Assembly: GCF_964194155.1 (NCBI RefSeq)
Contig: NC_135891.1
Coordinates: 98,270,001 to 98,334,000 of the forward strand
Origin: Cetorhinus maximus
Taxonomy: Eukaryota
Direction: 5' to 3'
Length of the DNA stretch: 64,000 nt
In this document: positions 25,535 through 36,636 of the stretch, piece after piece
How positions within the stretch are numbered: the first letter of the stretch is position 1
Layout: each line of letters starts with the position of its first letter
The notes under the pieces: generated by a model
Seen by the model: the letters and a program-made list of their open reading frames with translations, nothing else
What the model was told of the DNA's origin: nothing
Databases searched by the model: none
Made by a program: the position numbers and the translations under genes

Positions 25535-27828
25535 CTGCAAACATCAAATAAAAATTTTGTTACAACTATACTCCTTAAACATCCAGCAATACTGCAAGAT
25601 TTAAGAGAGATCTGTATTTAAAAGTTAGTACAAAGGACATATGCTGTTACAGCTATTTCCTGCTAAGGCGTGCTGGGATCATAATGTGTATGAACATCAC
25701 ACAAGTATTCAAAAAGACACACTTCAGATGTGGTAACACAATCATAGTCAAGATTTCCTTTTGGATGAAAATCTTATTAACAAGATGTCTGAAAATAAAT
25801 AACTTTCTCTTTAAATCATTGGAAATGGAGTTTTTAATCATTATGCCCGGGAGGACAAGCTAATTTATAACAATTTTAAGTGCATCAGAAAATGTAATAG
25901 AGCTGTATAATTCGGAGTGTGTTCATAGAAGGCATTTGCCCACATTTTGAAGATTTCTTTTGAAAGGTTGAATAATATAAAGAATCATGGAATGAAAAAA
26001 GGCTATTTGGGCCTATCAACAAGATTTTATGCTTTTAGGAACCATTGCAGAATTTCACGATGGATATAACTTTTAAAAAGGTTTTTAGCCAGCTTGCAAT
26101 TTAATGCAATGGAATTTGTTTTTCTCAAACTCAACCAAGCATTAACGCGAACTCCATTCAATTCATTTCCACCCAGAAATTTAAAATGAACAGAATTAAA
26201 CTTTGGTGTGAATGTTCATTTCCTACAGGCACAGACTCCATCCCAAAAGTAAATAGAGGTTTCAATCAAAACACTATTATGGTTAGAAGGAAAAATAAAT
26301 TGGATTGGCATACAAACTGGTTTAATAAGGCCTTTGCAATTTTGCTTAGGGTTTAAAGTTTTGCAATTTCTTAATGCATAATTAGTTTTTAACTTTTAAA
26401 CATGATCATAAACAGAATGATTGCCAATTCAGTTGTCAAATTAAAGTTTCACCTTGATACATATTGATAATAGCTATATCTAATCACTTTTTTCTGGCTG
26501 TAGGGGTTGGAAAAATAAGTTACCCTTCAGCTCTTGTCTACAAATGTAGTCTGCTAAAATTCAGAAGCTTTGTATTCAGGGGAAGGGAAAATTATGTAAA
26601 GAAACCGATTTTTTTTCATTTCAGACACCCAGTGCCAGAACCTGGTACTTCCAGTTTACAGCCAACTGTAGCACTAAGTTCATTATATTCTGGCCTGACA
26701 GTAGTTTACAGGGAAACAAAAATAACTGAAATAAATCTAATTTAAGAAGAGCACCCCTCCTTCACCAATATTCATTTAACACAATCCTTAGAGTCAGCAT
26801 GTGGAAAATGAATCTAAATCTAATCCTATTTGGGAGTAGCTAATTGCTCTGTGCACTTACTCTCCCAGCACAGTCCATCCAGTTTCTGAATAACCTTAAA
26901 ACAAGAAATATCACATTTGCAGGGCAGAGCAGATCATTTGCGAAAGAAGGTTCGAACTTCGCTATACAGGAGATCCTTTGGTCCTTTACACCAATTCTGG
27001 CTTTCTGAAAGAGGCGTGTACCTAGTCCCATTCCACTATCTTTTATTTAGGTCTTATCAAATATTTATCTACTTCATATTCATAAGCTACTGTGGTGTCT
27101 GCCTCCATTACTTATTGATGAGCCGATCCAACGTTCCAACAACCCTCTGTTTAAAAAAATTCCCAAGCTGATTAGAATCAACCAGCCCATCTCAATTTCA
27201 GTCATTATGGTGAAGGATTTCAAAAATAGGTCTCCATGTGCTTCATGTCTGGCGCTATTTAAATTGTATCAAATAATCTGATTTGACACCTCGCTCCCTT
27301 CCTGAAGTAACGGGATCCAAAAAGGCCGCCAAAGGCACTCACTTTGCAGCATTTATTCTGAGTCTGACTGGGGTTACAAACTGCTCTCTGTCCTGGTGAA
27401 GAGTCATAACGGACTCGAACCGTTAACTGTCCCCACTTCCCCCCCTCTCTCCCCCCCCCCCCCCCCTCTCCGCAGTCGCTGTCAGACTTGCTGAGATTTT
27501 CCAGCTATTTTTGTTTTTGTTACAAACTCCTGCTGGGTTTCAGCTAATGGATGAGCAACAATAGTGAGCGTGAAGAGGCGGCAGCGATTTGCCTGGTCCT
27601 GCCGTCCATGTGAACCCCGCTGACAGGAGCCGGGGTTCAAGGCGCGGGCGCCAGTCAAAGTTGTGCCCTTTGTGTGGCTGCACACACCCGGGTTTTGGCG
27701 TTTGTTCCCCTAACTCACCCCCACCCCCCCATACCCTCTCTCTCCCCCCCACCCCCCGCATACCCTCCTCCACCCCCTCTCTCCCCCATACACCCCCAAT
27801 ACCCGCTTACACCCCCTCTCCCCCTCAC

Positions 27829-27990
27829 CAATATCATTTTCCGCTGCCGTTGCTGGAAATACTGCCTCAATCTCAGCCTCCTCTGCGTATCGTTCCTCCT
27901 CTCGACGCTCGCACTTTCATACTCGGAGCGGCGCTTCATTAACAGAAATAGGAATAAAAACATCATTGGCAGCACCGTCTCCTGCGCCAT
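27829..27990 (-). CDS. Harbinger-derived gene, coding exon 1 (54 aa)
   Basis: Kozak aacATGG at 27990; MAQETVLPMMFLFLFLLMKRR...RQYFQQRQRKMIL; donor TTG|gtgagg in phase 0, matching the phase-0 acceptor at 25534; lies in a CpG island. Confidence 0.8.
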
Positions 27991-28530
27991 GTTGACTGAC
28001 CTGGGAAGTGCTCGACTCCCCCTCCCCCTCCCCCTCCCCAGGGGCCCGGGCCTGGGGCCTAGGCCCGGAATGTCCCCCATCGGCAGTTGGAACCGGATTC
28101 CACCTCTAAAGCCCGGCTCCCTCTTTAGAGTTATTGAAGGGGAGAAATAGAAATGACCGCGGGATTAGTATGTTGGGAAGCCTGTTCCACTTTATAACTA
28201 TAGGGTTTATTGTGATGGCGTAACCATGGTGACTCGACAGCACCTCCCCCCCCTATCCAGGGCCACCCGCGTCGCCATGGCAACGGCGCACTTCCGGTGG
28301 AGGTTTGAATTCGAGTGACGTCACAATGGTAACGGTCGCCGGAAGTGCGGCCGCCATGTTGTTGGGGGGCGGGGGGGGTTTGGTTGGATGAGCTGTTCAA
28401 GTCGGAGCGGAGGGCAAAGCGGGTGGAGAACGTTTCAATGAGAATCTCTGACACGGGCAGCATGTGAGGGCCAGTCCGCCAGCCCTTCGGTCGAGATTCC
28501 TCAGCAGACAGTCCGACGCTGCAGGTACGG
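27990..28530. promoter_or_regulatory. Bidirectional CpG-island promoter (Harbinger-derived gene and FZR1)
   Basis: CpG-rich. Palindromic CRE GTGACGTCAC 28315-28324; inverted ETS sites ACTTCCGG 28290-28297 and CCGGAAGT 28339-28346; YY1-like GCCGCCATGTT 28350-28360; RFX X-box-like GTCGCCATGGCAAC 28271-28284. Confidence 0.85.
28360..28524 (+). other. FZR1: Probable FZR1 non-coding exon 1 (5' boundary uncertain)
   Basis: Donor CAG|gtacgg at 28524/28525 at the edge of the CpG island; the next exon (from 32446) has an acceptor and 5' UTR before the ATG. Confidence 0.6.
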
Positions 28531-28619
28531 GGCAGAGTTAATGTTCTCACTCTTATGCTGTGGTTACTACAGGTGCCCAGCCTGGTGCCTCACTGTCTGT
28601 AAAGGCGCTGATGGCCAAC

Positions 28620-28830
28620 ACCAACCTGACCCTAACACCAACCCTGACCCAAACACCAACCCTGATCCTAACCCTAACCCTGATCCTAACCCTAACACCA
28701 ACCCTGATCCTAACCCTAACACCAACCCTGATCCTAACCCTAACCCTGATCCTAACCCTAACACCAACCCTAACCCTAACACCAACCCTAACCATAACCT
28801 GATCCTAACCCTGACCCTAACACCAACCCT
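28620..28830 (+). repeat. Degenerate telomere-like hexamer array (CCCTAA/CCCTGA/TCCTAA/CACCAA)
   Basis: About 35 hexamers with a recurring 24-bp unit ccctgatcctaaccctaacaccaa. Confidence 0.92.
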
Positions 28831-31800
28831 GGGCTGGGATAAGTTTCTTCAAGGTCTGGGTTTGGACTATCCAGATGCTGTTGTCTCCCGTCCTTTCTTT
28901 TTTAAATCGTTTGTAGCTGGATTTGGGATTGCTCTTGGTTTTATTTTAATGAGCAGGAATGTGGCTTCACTGCAGATATCAAGGTGCATTTTCTGTGCTG
29001 CTGTGGCAAATGTTTCTCAAAAGACATCTCGATTCCCTTTGAACACATCAGAAATAGCTTCCATTTATTCATGTGCTCATGACAGCCCAACCCCTTTCAC
29101 GACTATGGCAAAATAACTAATTTTGAAATGGTGTAACTGTTAGGAACATAGGGAACAGTCAATTTGCGCACACAAACTTCCTACGAACAGTATTGAGATC
29201 ACTGACCGGTTAATGTTACCCGTGGTATTGGTTTAGATAATCGTTGGCTAGGACTCTTAAGGGTGTGTATTCGTTCTTCTATTAGTGCCCTTAGATTTTT
29301 TTTAATGTCCACCTGAAGAGGCAGGTGAGGTCTTTTTAAATAATGAAAAACAAGGCTGCAGATGTTGGTAATCTGAAAAAGAAAACGCTGGAAACACTCA
29401 GCTGATCAGGCAGCATCTGGAGAGAACTGATGAACTGAATGAAGTCAACACATTTAATGCCTGTCTTCATCTAATAGACAAGATTCTGTACCAAAAGGAA
29501 ACTTATGTTTATATAGTTTCTTTAATGTAATAAAATGTCCCAAGGTGCTTCACAAGAACATTTTAAAACAAAGTATGACACCAAGCCACTAAAGTCAGAT
29601 GACCAAAAGCTTGATCAAAGAGAGAGGTTTCAAGGAGTGTCTTAAAGGAAGAAAGTGTAGTGCTCCTGCTACAAGTGACTGCCACAAACACCAGCCCTTT
29701 TCAATTGCAAACATAGGAATTGCTAGACATAAAAGGACCAAGGTTTATCTACTATGTATTCTACCATCTTTGCAGTTGCATGGTGCCATGATAATGGAGC
29801 TGATTAATCCTAGCAATCAGCCTCTTGATTAGTCTACCGCAGACACGATGTGAGGGAAACCTCAGTGAATTGGGAGCCATAGGTTAAAGTCACATTCCTT
29901 TTAAGCAAACTGCACTGACCACATGTCATATCTCAAATTATTCACGCATTGCACCCCAAAATGTTATTTACTGAAAGAAATCTATCTAATTTACATTTTA
30001 ATAAGTTAATAGGAATGTCTTCCACTATATCACTTGTCAGCCTGTTCCACTGAAATATTGTTTTTGTGGTTTAATGAGTTTTGATTTTATTCCCTTTCAA
30101 ATGTAGACCATATTCTACTGTCCTGACAAGGTGAAATGGATTGTCATGGTCTGCATTATCTGGCAAGCATACCACATACCCAGCTCTTCGCAGCGTGAAC
30201 ATGCCTAATTCCAGCCCCTTCTTCATTCTGAATGTTATCTCCTATCTTTTCAATAACACTGAAGTGCTATGTAATCAGTCAGTCAGTTCAGGATGGAAAT
30301 ATTTTCCTGGAGTTTAAAACTGCATACATATGCTGTATTAGCTTATTGTTACCTTTCAATTGTTCCCAATTGGATGTTTTCTCTGTGTCAGTTTAATGCA
30401 TCCCAGTTGTCAGTGCCAACAACCATGTTGCCAAGTGCAAATTGTTATCTGTGTGCAATTTCTAGAAATTGCAAGCTACTTCATTTATCTCAAAATATTT
30501 GTATTCAAGAGAATGGGTTTTGGTGCAGAGAAACTTTACTACTTTCTTATCTGAATAGATGGGATTACTATTGTAATACTGATTGACAAATGCGACAAAC
30601 TTGCTGTCCATTTGAATTAGTAAAATACATAGTGTGAGAAGAACAATTCAATGTTTTATATATTGCTTTGTGTGTAATTAAATTTTTAAGAACACTTGTT
30701 AAAAGGGGTGAAGTGATGTGTTTTGGGGGTCTTTTGAAGGTAGAGAGCAAGGCATAGTATTTTTCAAAGATATTCAAACAGTGGCATAAAAGCTGAGGCA
30801 TTGGTCTTCTATAGTAGACTTGGGCAAGCAATAATTGGGAGAGAGGACTGGAGGGCGTAGGTTTCGATTTGTGGGAGAGACAGTTGCACAAATAGAGTAT
30901 AATGAGGTGGGTTAGGAATTTGAAAACTTGATTGTTTATTGTTGAATGTGGAATGAGTCATGGCCAGGATGGACCTGTGGAGTTTTGGATTTATAATATT
31001 TACCATCACATCACGAGTTTGTACTGATTTGTTAATTGTACAAACTTCCAATATTTAGGATCCAATTAGTCGCAATGTCTTTGGGATTTACCAACGTTTT
31101 TCACAGCCACTGAGTTAATTTTTGTATGTGCTGTTACTTTTGATATCTAAGCTGATGCAACCACCAGTTTTAAACAAAGAAAGGCCCCAAAAATAGTGAT
31201 GAAATGTAAGGTGTTAATGGTGTTCGAAGGGTAGATGTTAGTCAGGATGCCAGGAGAACTCTGCTGCTCTGCACATGGTGCAATGGGATCTTTTACATGC
31301 ATCTGAACAGAAATTTAACATTTTGATCTCATCTAAATGATTAAACCTCCAACAATTCCTCAGTACTGTACAAGAATATTGTGGCTGGTTTGCTGTAGAG
31401 TACTGGCTGGAATGCAGCAGTCAGAGATTGTTCTAGCATTCAATCTTCAATGAAGTGCGAGTTTTGTCTTTTAGGCTTAGCAAGTGTATTAAGTGCTATT
31501 CTATTCAGATCAATTCAGGAACTTTGTGTAGTGAAGTGTGAAATTATGAATTATGCTTTTTTTTTTTGCTGCTAAATCCCTCATTCTGTGATCGTAATTG
31601 GTGGTGTCAGTAATGCCAAAAGAGTTCCTTTATTTTTTGCCCTATTCTGAAAAGTCAAACTTTAAGCTCTCGCCATTCTCTGACAAAGTGCTATAATCCC
31701 AATTTTAATAAATCATGTTTCCCTGATACCAACCTTTCCTGATATTGAGGAGACAATGAACACTTCAAAATTCTTTGTATTGCTTCTTGCATTTCCACTC

Positions 31801-32486
31801 TGAACATTTATGCATTTTCCTCTCTCTCTATGCCACTGTTGGAGTCAGAGCCTTGAGTAACTTTGATCATATGAAACATCTACTTTTTCCTTTTTTAAAA
31901 AAAACTTTTTCCAAGTCCACCTTTTCAACCTAATCTATCCTTTATGGCACAATGTTTGTTCCCCTATCAATTCCTAGTTTTACTCAATTCCCCTGGCCCT
32001 GTGCAGTGCCTTTGAATGCTTTCTACATTAAAGCTACAAATATAAGTGCAAGTTATTGGTCCTACATGATCAGCTTGATGCTGTTATAAGGTCTTACTTC
32101 CAAAAAAAGTGAAGACTTTTAAAACATGTGTTCTTTTACGGAAACATTTGCATTACAAGTTGGAACCTTGGACAGTGCCCTTCAGTTATGTTACTAGAAC
32201 CCCTTTCCACGCACACACTGATATCATTGAATCAGATAAACAGTCAAACTCATTCTGTATGATCAGTTCCAAAAGTGTCGTGTCTCAAAGTTCCGATTGA
32301 AAATATCCAAATAGTAATTTATTTGAATTCCAATTAGTGAATTGTTTTGTAATGTATATTTATCAAGGCTACTACCAGTGTAAAAGTTGCACAGTATATT
32401 AAGTATTTACACTTGGATTGTTGTTTCTTTCTTTCCTGGTTTCAGAACTAATTCCTGATTAGCCTCAAAGTTCAATTCGCCTAACT

Positions 32487-32555
32487 ATGGATCAAGACTA
32501 TGAACGACGACTTTTACGACAAATTAATGTTCAGAATGAAAACATGGTCCCTTGT
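32487..32555 (+). CDS. FZR1: FZR1 (Cdh1, APC/C coactivator) coding exon 1; exon starts at 32446
   Basis: MDQDYERRLLRQINVQNENMVPC; ttcag| acceptor, |gtaagt donor. Confidence 0.97.
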
Positions 32556-34219
32556 GTAAGTGCTGACCTTTCATTGGTGTTTCATATTCCTGTTTGATTC
32601 GCTTTATTTTTCTGCCTTGCCATGCGTCTCATGGTGCACGAAAATTTCATCCAGTAAAATGTCAGTTGAGCTGTGGCTAACCTGAACCTCACCACCTCCA
32701 AATGTCGAGCCTCCAGTTCATCAACCCCTGGTGCTGTCAGCTCAAGCTGAGTCAGGCAATGTGGAATCTTGGTGTCTTACTTGACCATGAGCTCAGCTTC
32801 CTTTCCCATAATCTGCTCCATTATTGCTTCGTTATGTGTATGTTCTCAATCAAAATACTCACTCCAAATACAACCCAAGATTTGCAGGACAAAATTTATA
32901 GTTATACAATTGAGTGTTTCTCACATTTCAAGTTAACCACATAATTTCTTTTGCACCTTTCTAAAACTCTAGTGACAGTGTTGAATTAATGGTCAATATC
33001 ACATAGGTGAAAATTATATTTTGGATGTGTATTGACACAAAATCAGTAGAACTGTCATGCCCATGTGGTATTGCCCCAACTAACATTAGTTATGTCTATG
33101 TTCATTTAAAGTGAGGCTGGCTTTATCTATAAATTATGTACAAAACCTTTTTCTTTAACGGTACATGAAGTATTTTATGCCAGTCTAATAGTGTAAGCAA
33201 AATAGTGTTAGTTCACTGCATTTTTGGCATTAGTCTATTATAACCTTAATAAATTTAATGTAAATAGCAATAAGTATTTACAAAAAACTTAACAGCTGGT
33301 GAAGCAAAGTGCCAGCATTGAAATTTGGAGGTGAAGTGACTAAGGAATCCTTGATCACATGACTACTTCTCCCCTGGAGTTTAAAACCAAATGAGTTCTC
33401 TTGACTAATCCTTAATTATCGTAAGAAATATTATGGAGACTCTGTCACAGAGCTTTTGGTATATCTATAAAATGAAAAATAAGGAAACATAATGCACATG
33501 ATACTTGTGATGTGGAGTCCTGGACTCTATCTTTGGATAAACTATGTTTGAGCTCTATCATTGACTTCTACATCAGAAGTGGGACAACTGTGAAAGAAAT
33601 TGTAATGTGAACAAGAACAGTGACTTCGACTTTAGATGTCCAACTTGGAAGTAGCTTTTGCTTGTTAATTGACAGATTTGATGATTGCAACTGGATATTA
33701 TCATAAAGTTGTATTCAATTAAATCTGTTGCAGCCAAGGAATCAATAGAAGTGGGTACATAGTAAATGGAGCTCACTATATAATTTGGGAGACAGGTTGA
33801 CAGCCCTTAAGTTAAGTGTGCAACCTTGGTGAATTTTGTCCAGGCTGAAGTTGACATCTATCGAAGATCTAGGTACCAATATAAATCAATGAGACAGATC
33901 ACTATTCCATCTCCCAAACAATATCTTGAACTTTCTTCTTGAGCTGTATGAAGCCAGAATACTGCAGCTAGGGGGTCTGTTAGCCTATCACAATGGGAAA
34001 ATCTTATTTCAAGAAGTTAAGTAGATTGTACCAGATCGGAGGTGAGCCTGGCAACAACACCATATCACCTGCATAAGGAGCACTGCAATATTTGAGAAAA
34101 CGTGACTAGAATCCTGAGTCCATCTAAACATCAATGAAGACAAATTTGTCATACTTTTGATTTGTATTTAAACAGTGATTGATTATTTCTACTCTGTAGA
34201 AGATCACTTTGGATATATG

Positions 34220-34570
34220 GGGCAGGATATTGAGGTCGGCGAGCAGGGGTGGGGCCCGCTCGCCGACGTGTAAAATGACGCGGGATGACATTGGGCTGAA
34301 CTCCCGACGTCACCCCACGTCATTTCAGTTTTCAGGAGGTGGGGGCACAGCTGAATCAGCCGTGCGCCCACTGACCTGTCAACGGCCAATTGAGGCCATT
34401 TAAAAAGTAATTGAGCTAGTTAATGGACTTGCCTGTCCAACCTTAAGGTTGGTGGGCAGGCTGGGAGCCCTGGCGGGCTTCAGAAAAAGCATGAAACCTC
34501 ATCCACAGGTGGGATGAGGTCTCATGTAGGTTTTTAAAAGTTTAATAAAGGTTTGAATGAAAGTGATGGA
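34220..34570. mobile_element. One-ended Harbinger terminal fragment
   Basis: gggcaggatattgaggtcgg resembles the TIRs at 38322 and 42506; internal sequence resembles the reverse complement of ~42210-42506. Confidence 0.65.
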
Positions 34571-34693
34571 CATAAGGCCCTTCTTCTGGAAACACTTGTG
34601 AAACGTGAACTTCTGTTTTCTCTTAACAAATGTTGCCTGTCATATATTTCCAAGACCACCTTTTAACATTACTTGAACCTTTATTTGGTTTCT

Positions 34694-36300
34694 TGACAAG
34701 ACAGGAAGTCAGCAGACAGTAGTTTCGGTGGAACACATTAAGAGGATTTAATAAGTAATAAAGTAATACTTAACTACCAGGTGACAGTTTACAAGTTACA
34801 CACGGCTTTTACTCTCCGGAACAGCTTGGATAGAGGTCAACGCTAGTTCTGGTTTGGTCTGACTCCTTTCTCTGTTTCTTTTCTTCTCTCTTCAATTTTT
34901 TTTCTTCTGTGAACCTGTACAACTTTTAGAGCCCTTTTTACCCCTCTTTAGCTCTGGTATCCAGGATTTATTTTACCATATTTGGTAAAAGCAATTGACT
35001 CGCACCATTTATATCACAGTCAGTATGATCGATACACTATTCACGTTTTCATCAATGCACCATTGATACACAATAGCTATATCCTAAACTATAATTAACT
35101 AAGTCTAAGGCATGCAATCTTAGACTTGGCGTATAAATTGTTGTTTGGTAATACGTTTACAAATGGAGTTTAGCAATACAATGAAAAATATGCAAACAGC
35201 TTAGTCATTTCAGATCGTCCTTTTCCTGCCTTATTATTAAATTGTACATTCCACAGACACTCAATCATTTTGAACTGTTCTAACTTTCATTTAATCATTC
35301 TAAATTGTTCTAACCTCTTGCCCTTTTTCCTCTATAAATGTCTAGTTTCATGCAACGTTATCCCAAATCATCCTGTGACATCCTCTCTTGACATCTAACC
35401 TAATCAATGCAAGCAGTACTTCATAGGCAGTCCCTCAGGATTGTGGATGACTTGCTTCCACTCTGATTTGATGGGTTCTGAAATGGCTGACAAGTCCAAT
35501 GTGCAGTCTGCAGACTCTGCTACGTGTGGGGCAGGTGGTACTTGAAGGGTTGGGAAGATAGTTTGTTTTGAGGTTTGTTTGCTCTCTCCAACATCTTGAC
35601 TTTGCCTCTGCACGTCCCCAGCGAAGTGTCTCGATTGTTCAGTGCCTTCCCAAATGAGCCTTTGCCATTTTGGTCAGTCACAAGCCAGGGTCTCCCATTA
35701 ATCAAGGGAATGTTTGGGGATGCTTTGAGGACATCCTAAAGCATTTCTGCTGTCCTCCTGGGAGTTTCATGCTGCAACCGAATTCCAAGTTGCTTCAGAG
35801 GTCAGGCATATGAACGACATATCCTGTGCAGTGGAGTTGGTATTCAGCGATTAGCACCTTGATGCTGAGCAAGTCTGCTTGGGAGAGGATGCTGCTGTTG
35901 GACCACCTTTCTTGCCATCAGATTTGGAGGATCTTATGAAGGCACTGCTGGTAGTACTTCAATGCTTTAAAGTTCCTGCTGTTGGTTGTCTGATAATCTT
36001 GGAGCTGGTTGGAAGAGGACCTTAGTTTTCCAAGTGTTAAGTGAAAAGCTCAGGTTTTAACCTAGTCAATAGCCGAGATTTTCCGGTCCTGCTGTGGCAG
36101 TTGTTGTAAAGTTGACGGACCAGCAAAAGGTCCATTGGCTTCAGGCAGGAATTTCACCACGGGAGCAGGAAAATCCCAGCCAACGTAAGCAGCAATCTCC
36201 CTTAGAACACAACCCAGCAGTTAACTCTCAAACATTTATAAGGTACAGTATCTAAAACTCATAATGCAAGGAAAATATATAAAAACCCATATTTCTTGCA
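34694..36300. mobile_element. Solo LTR-like element (TGACAAGA...TCTTGCA, TSD TTCT) carrying a nested RTE fragment (~35410-36000) and a MITE
   Basis: TTCT at 34690-34693 and 36301-36304; short inverted termini; the nested segment resembles 8620-9200. Confidence 0.55.
36071..36181. mobile_element. ~110-bp MITE with Harbinger-like termini
   Basis: Left end agccgagattttcc; right end ggaaaatcccagcc, whose reverse complement is ggctgggattttcc. Confidence 0.5.
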
Positions 36301-36510
36301 TTCTTTTATTTCAGGTTTCTAGTATTGCAGTTGTTTTTATATCCAGGTTTCCGAGCATGAGCCGAACTGCAAAAAATTGCAGAAGAAATTAATGCTGGAG
36401 ATCAGAAGTATCTGTGAAATAGGTTAATACTGCTATGCTCTAATTTTATTGCAGATTTTGTATTTTTAATGTTAATTTAACACCATTCTCCATTTCTGGA
36501 TTTTGTTCAG

Positions 36511-36636
36511 ATATCAGAAGTTAGAAGAACATTAACACCTTCGAATTCACCAGTGTCGTCACCAAGTAAAAGTGGAGACCGGTTTATTCCTTCAAGAGCA
36601 GCAGCAAACTGGAGCATAAACTTTCATAGAATTAAT
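36511..36636 (+). CDS. FZR1: FZR1 coding exon 2 (C-box)
   Basis: ISEVRRTLTPSNSPVSSPSKSGDRFIPSRAAANWSINFHRIN, containing the C-box DRFIPSR; AG/GT ends. Confidence 0.97.

Noticed and set aside
24419-25540. Calling the gene HARBI1, or an active transposase
   Set aside because: It lacks the intact triad and TIRs, and neither sequence nor neighbourhood matches what I recall for HARBI1; no symbol is assigned without a phylogeny. The ORF-track start (TTG CAG) is the splice acceptor, not a start codon.
28541-29116. ORFs with PNPDPN or LTLT/VRVR repeats resembling circumsporozoite-type proteins
   Set aside because: Translation artefacts of the telomere-like hexamer array.
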